The position numbers and the translations under genes are program-made. Below are positions 23,722 through 34,663 of a stretch of DNA of 64,000 nucleotides, piece after piece. Source of the stretch: Rebecca billardiae RCC1528 (lineage: Eukaryota; Protista; Haptophyta); contig OZ251225.1 of assembly GCA_965240325.2 (NCBI GenBank), positions 868,001 to 932,000 of the forward strand, written 5' to 3'. The notes under the pieces were generated by a model, which searched no databases, was not told where the DNA came from, and saw nothing but the letters and a program-made list of their open reading frames with translations. Position 1 is the stretch's first letter, and the number at the start of each line of letters is the position of its first letter.

Positions 23722-25439
23722 TAGGGGGGCCAAAGTGGCACTGTAGCGTTACTGACGGCCACGAGCGCGGGTCCTAGCGAGTGTTTAGAGCTGATTTCGG
23801 GCTGGATCATTTGCCCTCTGGAGGGGTCTGGGCCGGCCATGTAAAAAAATCAGGTGCACATACCCTGAATATAGGGCGTAACGGCTAGCATATTTACTTA
23901 TTAGAATGAGCCTGAATTTATTGGAAACGGCATGTAACGGTCGTCCTATATGTGACATATAGACCATGTCGACCTCACTTTGTTAGAGCATCTCAGCGAG
24001 ATCGTTCTGAGTCCCCAGCAGCAGCAGGTCCCAACATGCGATATAGGCTGTGTACTGGCAGGCTGTCAAATATGTAGTTTCCTAGAAGCCACCGATCGTT
24101 ACATACCCACTGTGTATATAGACGCCATGCTGATGAATACAGCCTCATCTGATCTCGAGCTGCGAGATACGTTTTCAGACTGTGTATACGGCCACGCGTA
24201 CGGCGTATTGCAGACATATTAGACCCAAAGCACCGGCCCCACGTCCTCAGCCCGGGAGTGCTCTCGGTCATAGTCACGGTTTAAAGTCACTCGAGCCAAC
24301 CGTCACCGCTCCCTGGCCGAGACCTACGAGGCAGGTCAAATCTGTCGTCGTCGCAGTGCGGCACAGTGCCGAGCATGCGATTCGGCAGCAAACGTCTGCT
24401 CCAGGCGGTGGCTGGCGTGTCTGCACCAAACCAGGCTGGATGGGATTGGTCCACATAGGTACGCACTACCCTGTTCCGCGCTATTTCTGGGCTTAGGGGC
24501 GGATATTCGGCCTACAGAGGCTGATCCGGCGTTGTTCGGCGCTCCTGGCTGGCTGCGCGGAGCCCAACGGCAAGCGCCGGCGTGTGCAAGGTGTCAAGAT
24601 TGAGACGGTCTCTGACGCTCCCGCCGGTCTTGGGCGCACCAGGGTGCATGAGGGCCCATCTGCATCTGCTTCTGCAGGCATGAGCGTCACAGGGGCGCGC
24701 TTGCAGGCACGGTCGAGTGCACGTCGGACCTGTCGAATGAGCCAACCGCTGCCTGCGAGCACGTCCGCGACGTCCTGAGAGGCGAATGGGAGGCGCCCAG
24801 ACGCCATCAGAGGGCACACGTGACCCATACCCAACGTACTGACCATCGCAAGTGCCACGGCAGGTGCAAACACGGGCCCTACAAGCGGAACATGACAGTT
24901 GCAAGCTCCGCGGAGGTGCTGTGCGCGAGCTCGCGCCGGTCTGCTGACGGCGATTCCGGCGCAGTAGGGCAGGTTAGGCGAGCTGGGCATTCACAGACAT
25001 ACATGGACGATTGGTCCGAGCATCGATCTCATTGGTCCGAGTTGATCATGCGCCACACCGTGCGGTAGCGTAGCGGGCGTACGCAGCGCACCAATTCAAG
25101 CCGGCCGACGCGCGCCGCGCACGGCGCGAGGTGGCCAAGAAGCGGGTGGTGAGCCGCTGGTGGCGCAAAGGCACGGGTCAGTAGCGCCCACCAGCGTCAC
25201 GCGCGCGCGCACCCGAGACCATCTCGGCGTCTCAAAGGTCGCGAGCGCGCGGCGGTCCACTGCCTCCGGCCGCTCGTGCTGGAGCGGAACCGAGCTCTGA
25301 GCGCCCGAAGGCGTCGGAGCTCGATTTTCGAGCGAGGTCCGAGAAAAAGGCTCCGCGCCACCCTTAAAAGGCCGAGGGCGGAGCGAAAATGCGACGCGAC
25401 TTTGCTTTTCATTTTTAAATGGGCGGTTTGGCCCCCCTA
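23722..25439 (-). mobile_element. Non-autonomous TIR DNA transposon, copy 2 (1718 bp, uninterrupted)
   Basis: 13-bp TIR TAGGGGGGCCAAA...TTTGGCCCCCCTA and perfect 7-bp TSD GCATATG (23715-23721 and 25440-25446). No convincing ORF. Confidence 0.92.
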
Positions 25440-25618
25440 GCATATGCCGATCGTCAACTAGTTCTGACGATCGTCAATATGCAGCGGCATGACGGCGGAT
25501 GATATACTATCAGACGGTCGACGGTGTCGAGACTGTTAGACCGTAGTGGGCCCGTAACTTCTGACTTCGGCTCACAGTAGTATAAGACGACTGAGAATCA
25601 GAATCCGTCAAATCTGAT

Positions 25619-26650
25619 TCACAGCCACTGCAGGAGGCTCGCCAGCTTGGACCTCGTGTGCGACGTCTGGCCATCACTGAGGAGCAGAGCTTCTTCGAAG
25701 GCCGTAGAGGAGCGGAACCGGCGTGCGTGCACGCCACAGCTGAGCGTTTCGCTGGAAGAGAAGCGTTCGGTGTGGCGGCTGCGGAGGGCTCTGGTGTCAG
25801 GTAGCACGATGAGCACATCGACGAGGTCCTCGTCGAAGGTGACGGCGCACAGGAACTGGGTGATCTGCGCGACCATGCCACGCAGGGCGGGGTCGTCTTG
25901 CCCCTTGAGCAGTGGCACGTGCAGGTTGTCGACGACGACGAGTGGCCGCAGTCGCAGTCCTGAACCCCGGCCGTCACCGGGTTGTACAACACGGACAGGA
26001 AGCGGGTGGCCGGTTGCACTCGGCGTGCGGCTTGCCGCGAGCTGGAGTGAGCAGCGCAGCTGACGCAGGATCACACTGAGGTTGAGCTTGCGCACGTGGT
26101 CGTGATCCCCCATGACAAAGTCGAAGAGAATCAGCCAGTACACGCCCATGCATGCGATGGTGCGCCTCGCCGCGGGCAATGGCGAGTAGATCGAGTCCAC
26201 AAGCTGGAGAAAGAGCTCATGCGGCGAGGTGGCCTCGCGCAGGGTGACATACACGCACGGGCGGGTAGTCGCATACTCTTTGGCCACACGGGAGGCCTCC
26301 TCGCGGTCGCTGCAAACCACAACGGCTACGCTGCCACCCGGGCGCCCAGCGCCCAGCAGGGCATCCATCTTGTCAGCGTCGGGCGCGGCATCCCGTGATG
26401 ATTGATCGACGAGGCGCGAACGCTCCTCAAGCGCCCAGTAGATGATACGAGGCCCGATAATCACATCAGCAAGCGGCCAAACGATCACGGAGAGGGTGAT
26501 CGCTGAGGCTGTGACACCGAGGCTCACCCCAAGGAACGTGCGCGTGCGTGATGCAGATCCACTGGCCCGCACAGACGTGCAGAGGGCTCGAGCAAAGGCC
26601 GGTCCGAACACGTTGGGCACGAAAGGGCGTGCATGCACAGCATTTGACAT
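25619..26650 (-). CDS. Hypothetical protein: mitochondrial-type presequence, TM helix, degenerate P-loop ATPase-like domain
   Basis: MSNAVHARPF..ARALCTSVRA presequence, a hydrophobic helix, CVYVTLRE and Walker-B-like PLVVVDN; no GKS/T. The upstream ATG at 26701 lies within MITE-A. Confidence 0.55.
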   Translation of the reverse strand: MSNAVHARPFVPNVFGPAFARALCTSVRASGSASRTRTFLGVSLGVTASAITLSVIVWPLADVIIGPRIIYWALEERSRLVDQSSRDAAPDADKMDALLGAGRPGGSVAVVVCSDREEASRVAKEYATTRPCVYVTLREATSPHELFLQLVDSIYSPLPAARRTIACMGVYWLILFDFVMGDHDHVRKLNLSVILRQLRCSLQLAASRTPSATGHPLPVRVVQPGDGRGSGLRLRPLVVVDNLHVPLLKGQDDPALRGMVAQITQFLCAVTFDEDLVDVLIVLPDTRALRSRHTERFSSSETLSCGVHARRFRSSTAFEEALLLSDGQTSHTRSKLASLLQWL

Positions 26651-26659
26651 GCGTGCTGC

Positions 26660-28002
26660 CCACGAAGCCGTCGCCGATGGTAGCGCCGTCGGAAGCTTCA
26701 TTCAGCCGTCCGCCTGCGAGGCCTGGATGAGGGCAGCCGCCGCCTCGCGGCGTGCAAGGCCCGTCGTCCTCACCCCACCGTCGTCCACTCTCCCCTTTCA
26801 CTCCTTTGGTCCACTCAGGGGGTCCGGACCCGCGCGGGTCATGCGCCAATAAAAACTCACGCGCGAAAACAAATAAGCGCGGAAAATGAAAACGCGCTTG
26901 GCGCGAAGGCGCGCTGGCGTCGATGGGCGCTTGGCGCGCGCGCGGCGCGGCGCGCTGCGGCCGTCGAGTTGCCGTGCGAAAGCGGCGCGTTGCTTGCGTG
27001 GCATCGGAACACGACCATGCTCCGCACTGCGCCCCGCAGCTCGCTCCTCGTCGACTTCGCCGCGCCTACGATCAGCGCGCATGCGAGCGTCGCCTCGGAA
27101 TGAGCAGCCCGCGCCGGCCTCAGCCGTGAGCGCCCGCCTGGCGCGCGATGCGATCAACTCGGGGCACGAGCTGCGGCTGGGCGAGGAAGCATGTGCCTGC
27201 GCGCAAGCCGCGCCGCCTTGAGACATCGATCGTGCGCGTTGATGCAGCTTCAGACGGCTGTCGACGAATGCCGATCAGCCTGCCCGAGCCTTGCATGCAG
27301 TGGAGATGAAACAACAGACGAGCGCCCTGAAGTGATGAATAGGAGTCTTCGGGTTGCGTGTGCGCGCAGCGACTCGTGTACATCTGTATGCATCGCCTGC
27401 GCGCGTGGCTGCCGTCATGCCATGCTTAAGTAGTTGCTCTGATGAGGAGTCCTTTCAAGACCGCGACATTCGCAAGGGCAAGAATAGTAGTTGCGTGCAA
27501 GGTGCGTGCCCTGCTCACGATCGGTGTCTCAAGGCGGCGCGGCTTGCGCGCAGGCACATGCTTCCTCGCCCAGCCGCAGCTCGTGCCCCGAGTTGATCGC
27601 ATCGCGCGCCAGGCGGGCGCTCACGGCTGAGGCCGGCGCGGGCTGCTCATTCCGAGGCGACGCTCGCATGCGCGCTGATCGTAGGCGCGGCAAAGTCGAC
27701 GAGGAGCGAGCTGCGGGGCGCAGTGCGGAGCACGGCAGCGTTTCGATGCCACGCAAGCAACGCGCCGCATTCGCATGGCAACTCGACGGCCGCGCCGCGC
27801 CAAGCGCGCGCCAAGCGCTGGTGCGCCGCAGTCCGGGTTGGCGGCCGCCACTGGCGCAGCGCCAGTCCGGAGGGGTTAACCCCCCCAGCCGCAGGGGGGT
27901 TTAACCCCTCGCGGAGCGTGTGGCAGGATCCCGGGAACGCCCTTGAAGACGTCGTCGTGGCGTCCGATCTAACTATGTACTGTTAAATCAGAGTAAACTG
28001 TA
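26660..28002 (+). mobile_element. MITE-A copy interrupted by a fold-back insertion (~26816-27946)
   Basis: The family-A core breaks at GTCGTCCAC (26788), resumes as AAGACGTCGTCGT (~27946) and ends AGTAAACTG|TA (28002). Confidence 0.55.
26926..27819. repeat. ~310-bp long inverted repeat (26926-27237 / 27513-27819) with ~275-bp spacer
   Basis: The arms are near-identical reverse complements; identical spurious peptides appear on opposite strands in the ORF track. Confidence 0.9.
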
Positions 28003-28194
28003 CCCCGCCCATAGGCCCAACTCCTTATATCTCTGACTGCGCGGGGGGCGCCACTGCGACACTTTAAAAATTCCGCCCCTTTATAACGGGCTCCGGGTGA
28101 TCAGACGACTGCGTTTGCTGCGAAAGACGACAGCAGTGGTGAGCACTGAGCAGGAGCAGCCGGACCGAACCGTCAACGACTCAACGAGTCAACG

Positions 28195-28430
28195 TCGTGG
28201 ACGACGGTGGGGCGAGGTCGAGGGGCGCTGGCGCGCCGCGAGGCGGCCGCAGCCTTCATCCAGGCCTCGCAGGCCGGGACGGCTGAATCCGCTGCCAATG
28301 CATCCGACTCTGAGTATCTTCTAGTTAATTGAAAGTTTATTGCGCTACCATCGGCGACGGCTTCATGGACATGGGCGGTGACAGGTGGCGCATCAATTGC
28401 GTGTCTGAGCTGTGTCAGTGTGCGTCTCTA
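28195..28430 (-). mobile_element. Degenerate MITE-A copy
   Basis: Same orientation and core as 18120-18340, with small insertions. Confidence 0.65.
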
Positions 28431-29759
28431 ATAATTATTTTTACTCTTATAGTACATCATAGTGGTGACTGTGTTAGTGAGTTGTATTTAGAAATTTAAA
28501 TACGACTAAGTTACCGTTGTAATGACAACAGTAGCTAGCAGCTAGCTTACTGTACGGTGTCAGTCCGAGCCGACCAGGACGCGGAGGATGCGCCGAGTCC
28601 CGCCAGTCCCGGCACCCCACGCCGCCACGCGCCGCAATCACTTTGACTTTCACTAGTTAGTGGGGTCAGAGCTCCGACCGTTACACTCCCGAGTGACACA
28701 ATCTCCCGAAATCTCGAAATATAAAATATCTCCTCGGTGTATAAAGGTTTGAGTCCGTTTAAGTTCGTTTCAAAGGCTTATTAGTTCCAGGGACAGGGTG
28801 AAGTCTGTAGAATCCGCCTGTGACAATTTAAGACTTGCCAAAATGTTATTGTTACGATCTAGCCGGTGCGATTCTGGTGCAAATACTGCATAGCGAGATC
28901 ACCCTGGAGATCGTGTATCTCCCCTACTAGTGCTGCCGAGATCGCGTCGAGATTGAGGTCGTATATCTCCAGTATTATACATGTGACATGTTTTCGCAAA
29001 ACTTGTCAGCGTGACCCCAGGTGGCAGGTCATTTATTCGAATCAGGCGAATATTGACATCCCGAAGTTTATTAAAATAAGTTAGACTCGTCGTATATATC
29101 CAGCCTCATCTTAAGTCAAGTGCTCAAGACTACGTTACTACGTACCTACGTACGACTCTAGCCTGTACGAGTACGACCGTATTGATTTATTCATTGATTA
29201 CTAATTTACAGAATAAGTTTTATATATAATTATTCATAATTGGATTTTTAATGATGGGCCACACATCCGCCACATCAGTGCCCGCTGTCACTGCTGTCAG
29301 TGGGGCGCTCTGACGACCCCTCGCGGGCTCGATGAGTCGATCTCGGATCTAGCCTCCGCTGCCTCCGGCCTCCGGGGCGCAGCCGCGGACGCCGCCGCGC
29401 CCACCGCGGGCTATACGCCGAATCGGGATAAATATAAATACGCGCTAAGTGCTAGTAACGCGCGGGCGGTCCGCGCGCGAGTGCCGAGTCCGCCGAGTGC
29501 CTGACTGCCTCCGCGACTCCGCCGTCGGAGTGAACCGCGAGTCCTCCGACGACGGTGGCTGATGGACTGAATGGAATCGTCGTGAGCCGGCGCCGGGGCC
29601 CAACGGCCATCCATGTAGCATGGGGAATAAATAATGAGCAGCACGTGATCGGTGATGGAGCCATTGGCATTGGTTGGAGGTCGACGCGTCCTGATGTGTG
29701 TCGCACGGACGCCCAGCACACGCCAACGCCAGCTCAGACAGGCGAGCACGCCTCGCTAC

Positions 29760-32270
29760 TCAGTAGCCACGCACGAACTCGGGGCTCACGATCGTGACGA
29801 GTGCGGCGGCGACATGCTGCAGCGCGTAGGAGAAGCCGTCAATGCGTCCGCACGTCATGCCGCGGTGCCCCTTAACCCGGCCCGTCTGGTCCCACTCGGC
29901 GATGGTCGAGCCTTGCACGTCCTGCGGGGTGAAAGCGCGCGCCGCGGGCCGCGCGTGCCGGGGCTCAAAGCGGGGCCAGGCTCGGCTACGCAACGCGGGG
30001 CGTCCGCACGCAACGCGCGCGCACCCGCACAGCGCCGCGGCCGAGGTCCATCGTCGCAATGTGCTGTTCGTCGGCGTCGGTGATGAAGGTGGTGGCAACG
30101 CTCACCTCGCCGAGGTACTCCATGGCCGCCGAGCCGACCGAGCCGTCCTGCTCAATGTACGCCTTCACCGAGCCGCCGGCGTCGAGGAAGGAGCCGTCGG
30201 AGAGGAAGGTGCCATGCAGGCTGCCATCGGCCGTGTACACGGTGAACATCGTCTCGGGCTTGACGGCCTGCAGCCCGAGGATGGCCGACTTGGGGTCCGC
30301 GCCCACGCCCGCCTTCTCCGTGCGGCCGCACGGCGAGTGCGCAGGGCCGAGCACGCGCTTCAGCTCAAGCGGGTCGAGCGACTTGCGCGAGAAGGACTTG
30401 CGCGTCGTGGACGACTTGCGGCGCTTGGGGGCCGGCTCCGCCGCGCCGCCGTCGGCGGTGCCGGCTGGCGCCGCCGCCGCCGGGGCGCAGCTGCCGGCCA
30501 CGGCCTCGGCCACGACCGAGTGCGAGGCGGCTGCGACGGCCGCGGCAGGCAACTCGGCGAGGGCAACGGCGGGTGACGCCTGGACGTGATCTGCAGCTGC
30601 TGCCATCGACTGCGCAGCGGCGGACGGCGCCGGTGCGGGCGGCGAAGGTGGCTGCTCGCCGCGTGCTGCCGTGCTTGGCGCCGTCGCCGGGGCTGCTGCC
30701 GGCGGGTGCGGCGCCGTGTCCGTGCGCCCCGCCGCCGGTGCACTCTGCCGCGTACCTGCCGGCAACACCGCCGCCGCAGCAACCACTGATGGGTTTGCGC
30801 CCTTTTCGCCCGGAGCGCTGTCCGCTGACGAGCCCGCCGGCACCTCGGCAGCGTCGGCGACCTCCAGACGCTCGCGCACCGGCGCGGGCACCGGGCACAC
30901 GCTGAGCGCTGCCGCGTCGTCTGCCCGGCCCGCGCACAGCCGAGACATGGTCTCGCGCACGAGGAGCTGCAACGAGTTGGACTCTGCGGCCACCGCGCCC
31001 AGGTCTGCCACGCCAACAGACGCCGGGATGAGCTGCGCACGGAGCAGGCGGCGCGAGCGCAGGCGGCGCGAGCGCAGGCGGCGCGAGCGCAGGCGGCGCG
31101 AGCGCACGGCAGTAAGAGGAGCGCGCCGCGCGTGCGAGGCAGTGTGCGCGCTGCCCGGCGCACCCAGCGCGCGGCGGCGGCTGCGAGCGCGCCCGTACCT
31201 GCACCCCACCGGTGAGGCGGCCGTCGAGGTCGAAAGCGGCGGCGAGCTCGTGCGCACCCTCGTGTGCTGCGCCTTTCGGAGCCCTCAGCTCGAGGCGCAG
31301 CGAGCATCCACCATCAGCCGCGTCCTCCATGCTGATGAAGCGGACGCCGCCCAGCGCGCTCAGCTGCTCGCACACATGCTGGTGCCTGCGCGCGCGCCGC
31401 GCGCACGGAGGGCAACGCAGGGAGCGATGAGTGACGGCGATGCGCGCTCGAAATGCGCGTGAGCGACGGGACCCGCCCACGCTCGCCCGCGCGCCAACGC
31501 CCCGCCCGCCCGCGCGCGCACGTCTCTGCGTCCGTCGAGGCGCGCTGCAGGCTCGACGCCTCCTCCAGTCGCCGCCCCAGCTCTGCCTCAGCCTCAGCGA
31601 CGCCGGCGCGCGTGGCTTCGATCTGCTCGCGGAGCTGACGCCGACGGTCGGCGTCGCGCTCGGATTGCGCGCGCAGCCGCGCGAGCTCCTCCTCCGCCAG
31701 CGTCGCGTTCTGCTCCTCGGTCGCCAGCGCGCGCTCGACAGCCTCGAGCTCAGCCGTGGTGGCGACGAGCTGCGCGCGCGCCGCCGTCTCCTGCTCGGCG
31801 TTCTCGGCGAGCGAGTCGGCGCTGCGGGCGAGCGCGGCACCCTCCTCTGCGATCTGCCGCTTCAGCTGCGCGATCGCGCGCGCATGCTCCGCGATCTTCT
31901 CACGCAGCGCCTTGCCCTCCGCCTTGGCGCGCTTGGCTGTCGCCTTGCGCTCGTTCATCTGCGCCTCGGCGAACGAGTCCTGGCTGCCGGCCTTGGCGCC
32001 CTTGGAGAGCAAGTGCTCCAGCAGCCGCTTCTTCGTCTCCTGCTCGAGCAGCTGCAGCTTCAGCCGAGAGAACTCATCCTTGATCCGCGTGCATGCCTGC
32101 GCGTACGCGAGCGGCTCGGCGCCATCGAGCGCCTTCACCATCGACGCGCTCGCGAGCATCGCCTGCTGCTGCTCGACCTGCTTGAGCAGCTGGCGCACGT
32201 CCGCGTGATCGGGTACGGCGTCGCCCTCCATCGAGAAGGACAGCTGCCGCGCTGTCTCGCCTTCCGCCAT
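29760..32270 (-). CDS. Sos7/Zwint-like kinetochore coiled-coil protein with extra C-terminal beta-repeat domain; 4 exons: 32270-31522, 31385-31199, 31032-30025, 29921-29760
   Basis: Three GT..CAG introns join four ORF-track fragments in frame. KDEFSRLKLQLLEQETKKRLL resembles the Sos7 motif (ELFSKLRFSYLEQVTKEKF, recalled from memory). The C-terminus has Gly-spaced short beta-strand repeats. Confidence 0.65.
31044..31106. repeat. 15-bp minisatellite x4 inside intron 2
   Basis: (GCAGGCGGCGCGAGC)4. Confidence 0.85.
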
Positions 32271-32493
32271 GCTCGCTTGCAAGCGGGCTCGCTCGCCCAA
32301 GGAGCGGGCGACGACCGCCACCGTTCCTCCCGGCCCAAGGTGAGTTTCAAAATGTCCGGCTAGGGCTGCACCGGACTTCAGGCTCTTCAGCCCGGCGAGG
32401 CGGCGAGGGCTCGTCACCGTCGTCGTCAGGCCGTGTGGCGTGTCAGCTCATTTTAGCTGACTGACAGCCTCGGCAGCAGTCACAAGCTATACG

Positions 32494-33672
32494 TCACTGT
32501 CCGAAGTGGCCACGCGGTGGTCGCGCTGGCCGCGCTGAACGCCTCGCGCTGACGCGCCGCTCCCCACCTTCACGGCCCGGCGTGTCCCCGCGAGTCGCGC
32601 GACGTCCGACGGCGCCACCGTCGGCACTGTGACTGATGCTGTCGCGCGGTGCGCGTTGCCGACTAGCAGTGTCGGCTTCAGACTCCGTCGCCTCGGAGAT
32701 CGCGCCAGACACGCCGATGCGTGCCAGCTCGTCGGCACGCAGCCACGCCCATTCGCCGGGGCGCGCGCAGCCGCCGAGGGTCAGCCCGGCAAATCCCGTG
32801 CGGTGCAGCCGCACGACCTCCAGCCCCACCGCCGTGCACATCCGCCGGATCTGCCGGTTGCGCCCCTCGGTGAGAACGAACCGCAGCCGCTTCGGCTCCG
32901 CGCGCGTCTCTGCGCGCTCGACGGTGCACGGGAGCGTCGGCGCGGTGAGCGTCTTGGCGGTGCCATCGCGCTGTGCAACGGTGGTGATCGTCACGCCGCT
33001 GGCGAGCCGCGCGATCTGGGCGTCCGACGCGCGCCGGTCCGTGGTCACCACGTACTCCTTGCGCTTGGCCTCTCGCGCGCGCAGCAGCCGATTCACGAGC
33101 TGCCCGTCCGAGGTGAGCAGGATCAGGCCGGTCGAGTCGACGTCGAGGCGGCCGACGGGGAAGATGCGGTCGCGGACGCCAGGCAGGGCGCCCACGCGGT
33201 CGATGATGTTGTTCCGCCGCCGCCGATCCGTCGTGCACTCCACGCCGCGCGGCTTCCAGTACTTGACGTACACAAAGGGCGGCGGTGCGGCGACCGGGGT
33301 GGCGGATGCCCCGCGCACTGGGCTGGGTGCGGCAGGCTCGGGCGAGGCCACGCCGTCAGCGTCGGCCGTCTGCGGCGGGTTGAGACGCTCCCACTCGACG
33401 ACGCGACCGTCGAGCTTCACCACGTCGCCGCGATCGACACGCGCGCCCGCCTGCACGACGTCGCCGTTGACCTGCACGCGGCCCTCATCGATCAGCCGGT
33501 CGGCTGCGCGCCTGCTGTGCGTCGCGCGGAGGCACTTGTTCACGCGGATGCCCGCAGCAGAGCCAAGATTGGCGCAGTACAGCGCGGCCGCTGGCGCGCC
33601 TGGCGGCCAGACGGCCAGCGCAGCGAGCAGCCACACTGCCAGCCACGTGGCCACCCGCGCAGGCGCAGCCAT
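32494..33672 (-). CDS. S4-domain pseudouridine synthase (RsuA/RluB/RluF family), probably plastid-targeted
   Basis: S4 IRVNKCL..SRRAADRLIDEGRVQVNG; KPRGV; catalytic GRLDVDSTGLILLTSDG; LTEGRNRQIRRM; N-terminal signal peptide. Confidence 0.9.
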   Translation of the reverse strand: MAAPARVATWLAVWLLAALAVWPPGAPAAALYCANLGSAAGIRVNKCLRATHSRRAADRLIDEGRVQVNGDVVQAGARVDRGDVVKLDGRVVEWERLNPPQTADADGVASPEPAAPSPVRGASATPVAAPPPFVYVKYWKPRGVECTTDRRRRNNIIDRVGALPGVRDRIFPVGRLDVDSTGLILLTSDGQLVNRLLRAREAKRKEYVVTTDRRASDAQIARLASGVTITTVAQRDGTAKTLTAPTLPCTVERAETRAEPKRLRFVLTEGRNRQIRRMCTAVGLEVVRLHRTGFAGLTLGGCARPGEWAWLRADELARIGVSGAISEATESEADTASRQRAPRDSISHSADGGAVGRRATRGDTPGREGGERRVSARRSARPARPPRGHFGQ

Positions 33673-34234
33673 CGTGCGGTCGCACCGAAACACAAGTAAG
33701 AGACGCACACAGCTCAGGTCTGCAAGGGACCTACAGACCTCCGGCTTGCTTGGCTCACAGGCAATGCCCGAAGCAGCAAGCTGGGATGAAAAGTGGAAAA
33801 CCCAAGCCGTTTTTGCAGCGTCCCCGCCCCGAGCCCCGACCTTGCCCCGACCAGGTTCAAGGTCGACTCGCGGAGGAGCTGCCACAGTTCAGACTTCAAG
33901 ACTCACGCCAACGAAATGTATGGGGTCGGAGCAACCTGGGAGATAGTCATGATCTCCATTTGTTGGACGCATAGAAACGAGAGGAGATTTTTCAACCGCG
34001 GTCTACCCAACGTGCTCGGCAGCAATGCTTTGCAGCTCTCACGTCTACCCGGCGAAATTGGAATGCCTCGTTTGTGCGTGTTCACCCAAACCTAGCTTCA
34101 TTTCGGTTTGTGTCGCGCACGTAGCACAGCCAGTGGCGGTACCGGGAAAGCACCTGAACGTGAACTCGACGCAAGCTTTGAGCGTGTTTTGCCGGCCACG
34201 CCCACCCCGACTCCGCGTGTTTCCGTCGCATCAG

Positions 34235-34663
34235 ATGACGCTCGCCCTCTCCTACCAGGCGCCGGCGTCGCATCGGCCGCGGAGCACGTTCGACGACCTC
34301 ATTGACCACTCATCCGCGTACGGCGACGCGTACCTCGAGCTCGATCCCGCTATCGACGTCGAGCCTAGGCGGAGTGCGCGGTCACGTTCCCTCATCGTCG
34401 AGGAAGATCAGTGGGGCGTCCATGTCGCCGTCGAGGACATGGCCGGCTATGACCATGTGTCGGTGAGCGCCGACGGAAGCGTGCTCGTGGTGCACGCGAC
34501 GCGCGACGATGAAGCTGGTTGGACGCGCAAGACAGTCGTCCTTCCCGCAATGGTGATCGCGTCGCACAAGATTCGATCCATCGTGCGCGGCGGCACGCTG
34601 CACGTGACAGTGCCGACGGAGGCGTTCTCGCCGGAGTATGCGACAACAAGGCTGACATTGTAG
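34235..34663 (+). CDS. Divergent HSP20/alpha-crystallin-like small protein
   Basis: beta-sandwich pattern VSVSADGSVLVVHA..RKTVVLP..IRSIVRGGTLHVTVP. Confidence 0.6.
   Translation: MTLALSYQAPASHRPRSTFDDLIDHSSAYGDAYLELDPAIDVEPRRSARSRSLIVEEDQWGVHVAVEDMAGYDHVSVSADGSVLVVHATRDDEAGWTRKTVVLPAMVIASHKIRSIVRGGTLHVTVPTEAFSPEYATTRLTL

Noticed and set aside
11300-25439. One 14-kb composite transposon defined by the outermost matching ~135-bp ends
   Set aside because: The outer flanks (CTTAGTC vs GCATATG) do not match. Each copy has its own TSD, so these are two independent insertions.
28640-29240. AT-rich tract as a distinct element or organellar insert
   Set aside because: No termini, TSD or coding similarity could be identified.
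33900-34234. Heat-shock elements upstream of the HSP20-like gene
   Set aside because: No clear tandem nGAAnnTTCn array was found.
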